Below, one piece after another: positions 62,913-64,000 of a stretch of 64,000 nucleotides of DNA (position 1 is the stretch's first letter; the number at the start of each line of letters is the position of its first letter). The stretch comes from Leptogorgia sarmentosa (lineage: Eukaryota). The DNA is taken from the NCBI GenBank assembly GCA_964658305.1, contig OZ210885.1:23560001-23624000 (forward strand). The letters run 5' to 3'. The notes below the pieces were generated by a model. It saw only the letters and a program-made list of their open reading frames with translations, did no database searches and was not told the DNA's origin. The position numbers were made by a program, and so were the translations under genes.

Positions 62913-64000
62913 TCAATTGCTATGGAAAGCTAACAGTTTAAGTGGCCAGATATAAAACGCACCCTTCTCGACAACATCGCTATCAAATGGTGTTGGATAT
63001 TCCGGTCGAAGTTTGCACCCAGGCAAGATGTCTTCAATCAGCACACCAACGTGGCCTTCTGGTAATGCCTGACCATGCATCTCGCGAAGCGAAAACAACG
63101 TACAGATCGCCCGGCGCTGTTGGTTCTTGTCAAGAACCCACAGTTTTGAGCCTAAAAAAGCAAGAAAATGCTCACAAATCAAGACATGTCAGAAGTATCA
63201 TTAATTCGACATTCAGAGGTATCCAGCGTCGTCTCTGTTGTGAAACGTACGAAAAATCCATCTTCACTTGCAAGTAGTAAAGTAAATCATTCAAGTTTTA
63301 TAAAAATGTCAACCAATGCCATGTGTGGGCCGTGGTTTGATACAGTATTGTACCTCAATATACTCGTACCTATCTTCACAAGTTTTACATTACTAGTTAA
63401 CTGGGAAGATCTTTCAGTGCTGGCAGGAGAACTTGGCTTTACCACTGTACTTGGTTCTTCTACAACTGAAGATAATGCCAAAGATGTTAGAGAAAACGCC
63501 AGGGGAGATGTTAGTACAGTTTTCTGAGAGCTAATCGAAGATGCGAGAGAAGATGTGGAAGAACATGTCTGCGAAAATGTGAGAGATGTGAAAGAAGGCG
63601 TCTGGGAAGTGAGAGGAGTCGACGAAGTGGGACGTGCGATAGAAGGTGTGATAGAAGGCGTCTGGGAGGTGAGAGGAGTCGAGGAAGTGGGACGTGCGAT
63701 AGAAGGTGTGGTAGAAGGCGTCTGGGAAGTGAGAGGAGTCGACGAAGTGGGACGTGCGATAGAAGGTGTGGTAGAAGGCGTCTGGGAAGTGAGAGGAGTC
63801 GACGAAGTGGGACGTGCGATAGAAGGTGTGGTAGAAGGCGTCTGGGAAGTGAGAGGAGTCGACGAAGTGGGACGTGCGATAGAAGGTGTGGTAGAAGGCG
63901 TCTGGGAAGTGAGAGGAGTCGACGGAGTGGGACATGCGATAGAAGGTGCGATAGAAGGTGCGATAGAAGGCGTCTGGGAAGTGAGAGGAGTCGACGAAGT
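62913..64000 (-). pseudogene. 3' part of a Ser/Thr/Pro-rich, probably TE-associated gene running in from beyond the window
   Basis: Open frame 64000-63287 with (STTPSIARPTSSTPLTSQTP)n. After stops comes MHGQALPEGHVGVLIEDI...PTPFD...GAFYIWP, which resembles the Tnp1/En-Spm-associated C-terminal domain. Confidence 0.45.
63594..64000. repeat. 60-bp tandem repeat, about 6.5 copies
   Basis: GAAGGCGTCTGGGAAGTGAGAGGAGTCGACGAAGTGGGACGTGCGATAGAAGGTGTGGTA. Confidence 0.95.

Noticed and set aside
63531..63935. 134-aa His/Phe repeat ORF
   Set aside because: Alternative frame of the 60-bp repeat. The Ser/Thr/Pro frame continues further into unique sequence and is more plausible.

Overview
AT-rich eukaryotic DNA with GT-AG introns, made almost entirely of nested transposable elements. 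The mix of families suggests a marine invertebrate, probably a cnidarian (inference only). No convincing host gene, rRNA, intact tRNA or CRISPR array was found. From left to right: (1) an IS3EU-type integrase split by a truncated Gypsy element, which itself carries a Tc1 derivative; (2) a Harbinger element (Myb gene and transposase fragment) split by a hAT with a 6-bp TSD; (3) inside the hAT, an apparently intact 7-exon MULE encoding CaRF-like, DDE, SWIM, Ulp1-like and PHD domains; (4) a decayed PHD-OTU(vertnin-like)-MULE; (5) a 12.5-kb foldback element with 57-bp TIRs, an 8-bp TSD and two inverted 10-bp-unit arrays of about 7 kb and 2.8 kb; (6) a Sola1 with a LINE insertion; (7) an IS3EU integrase next to HECT and RPA-like genes; (8) a decayed Helentron; (9) a multi-exon KDZ transposase; (10) MITEs and tandem repeats. 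All family and domain calls come from motif recognition by eye, not from database searches.
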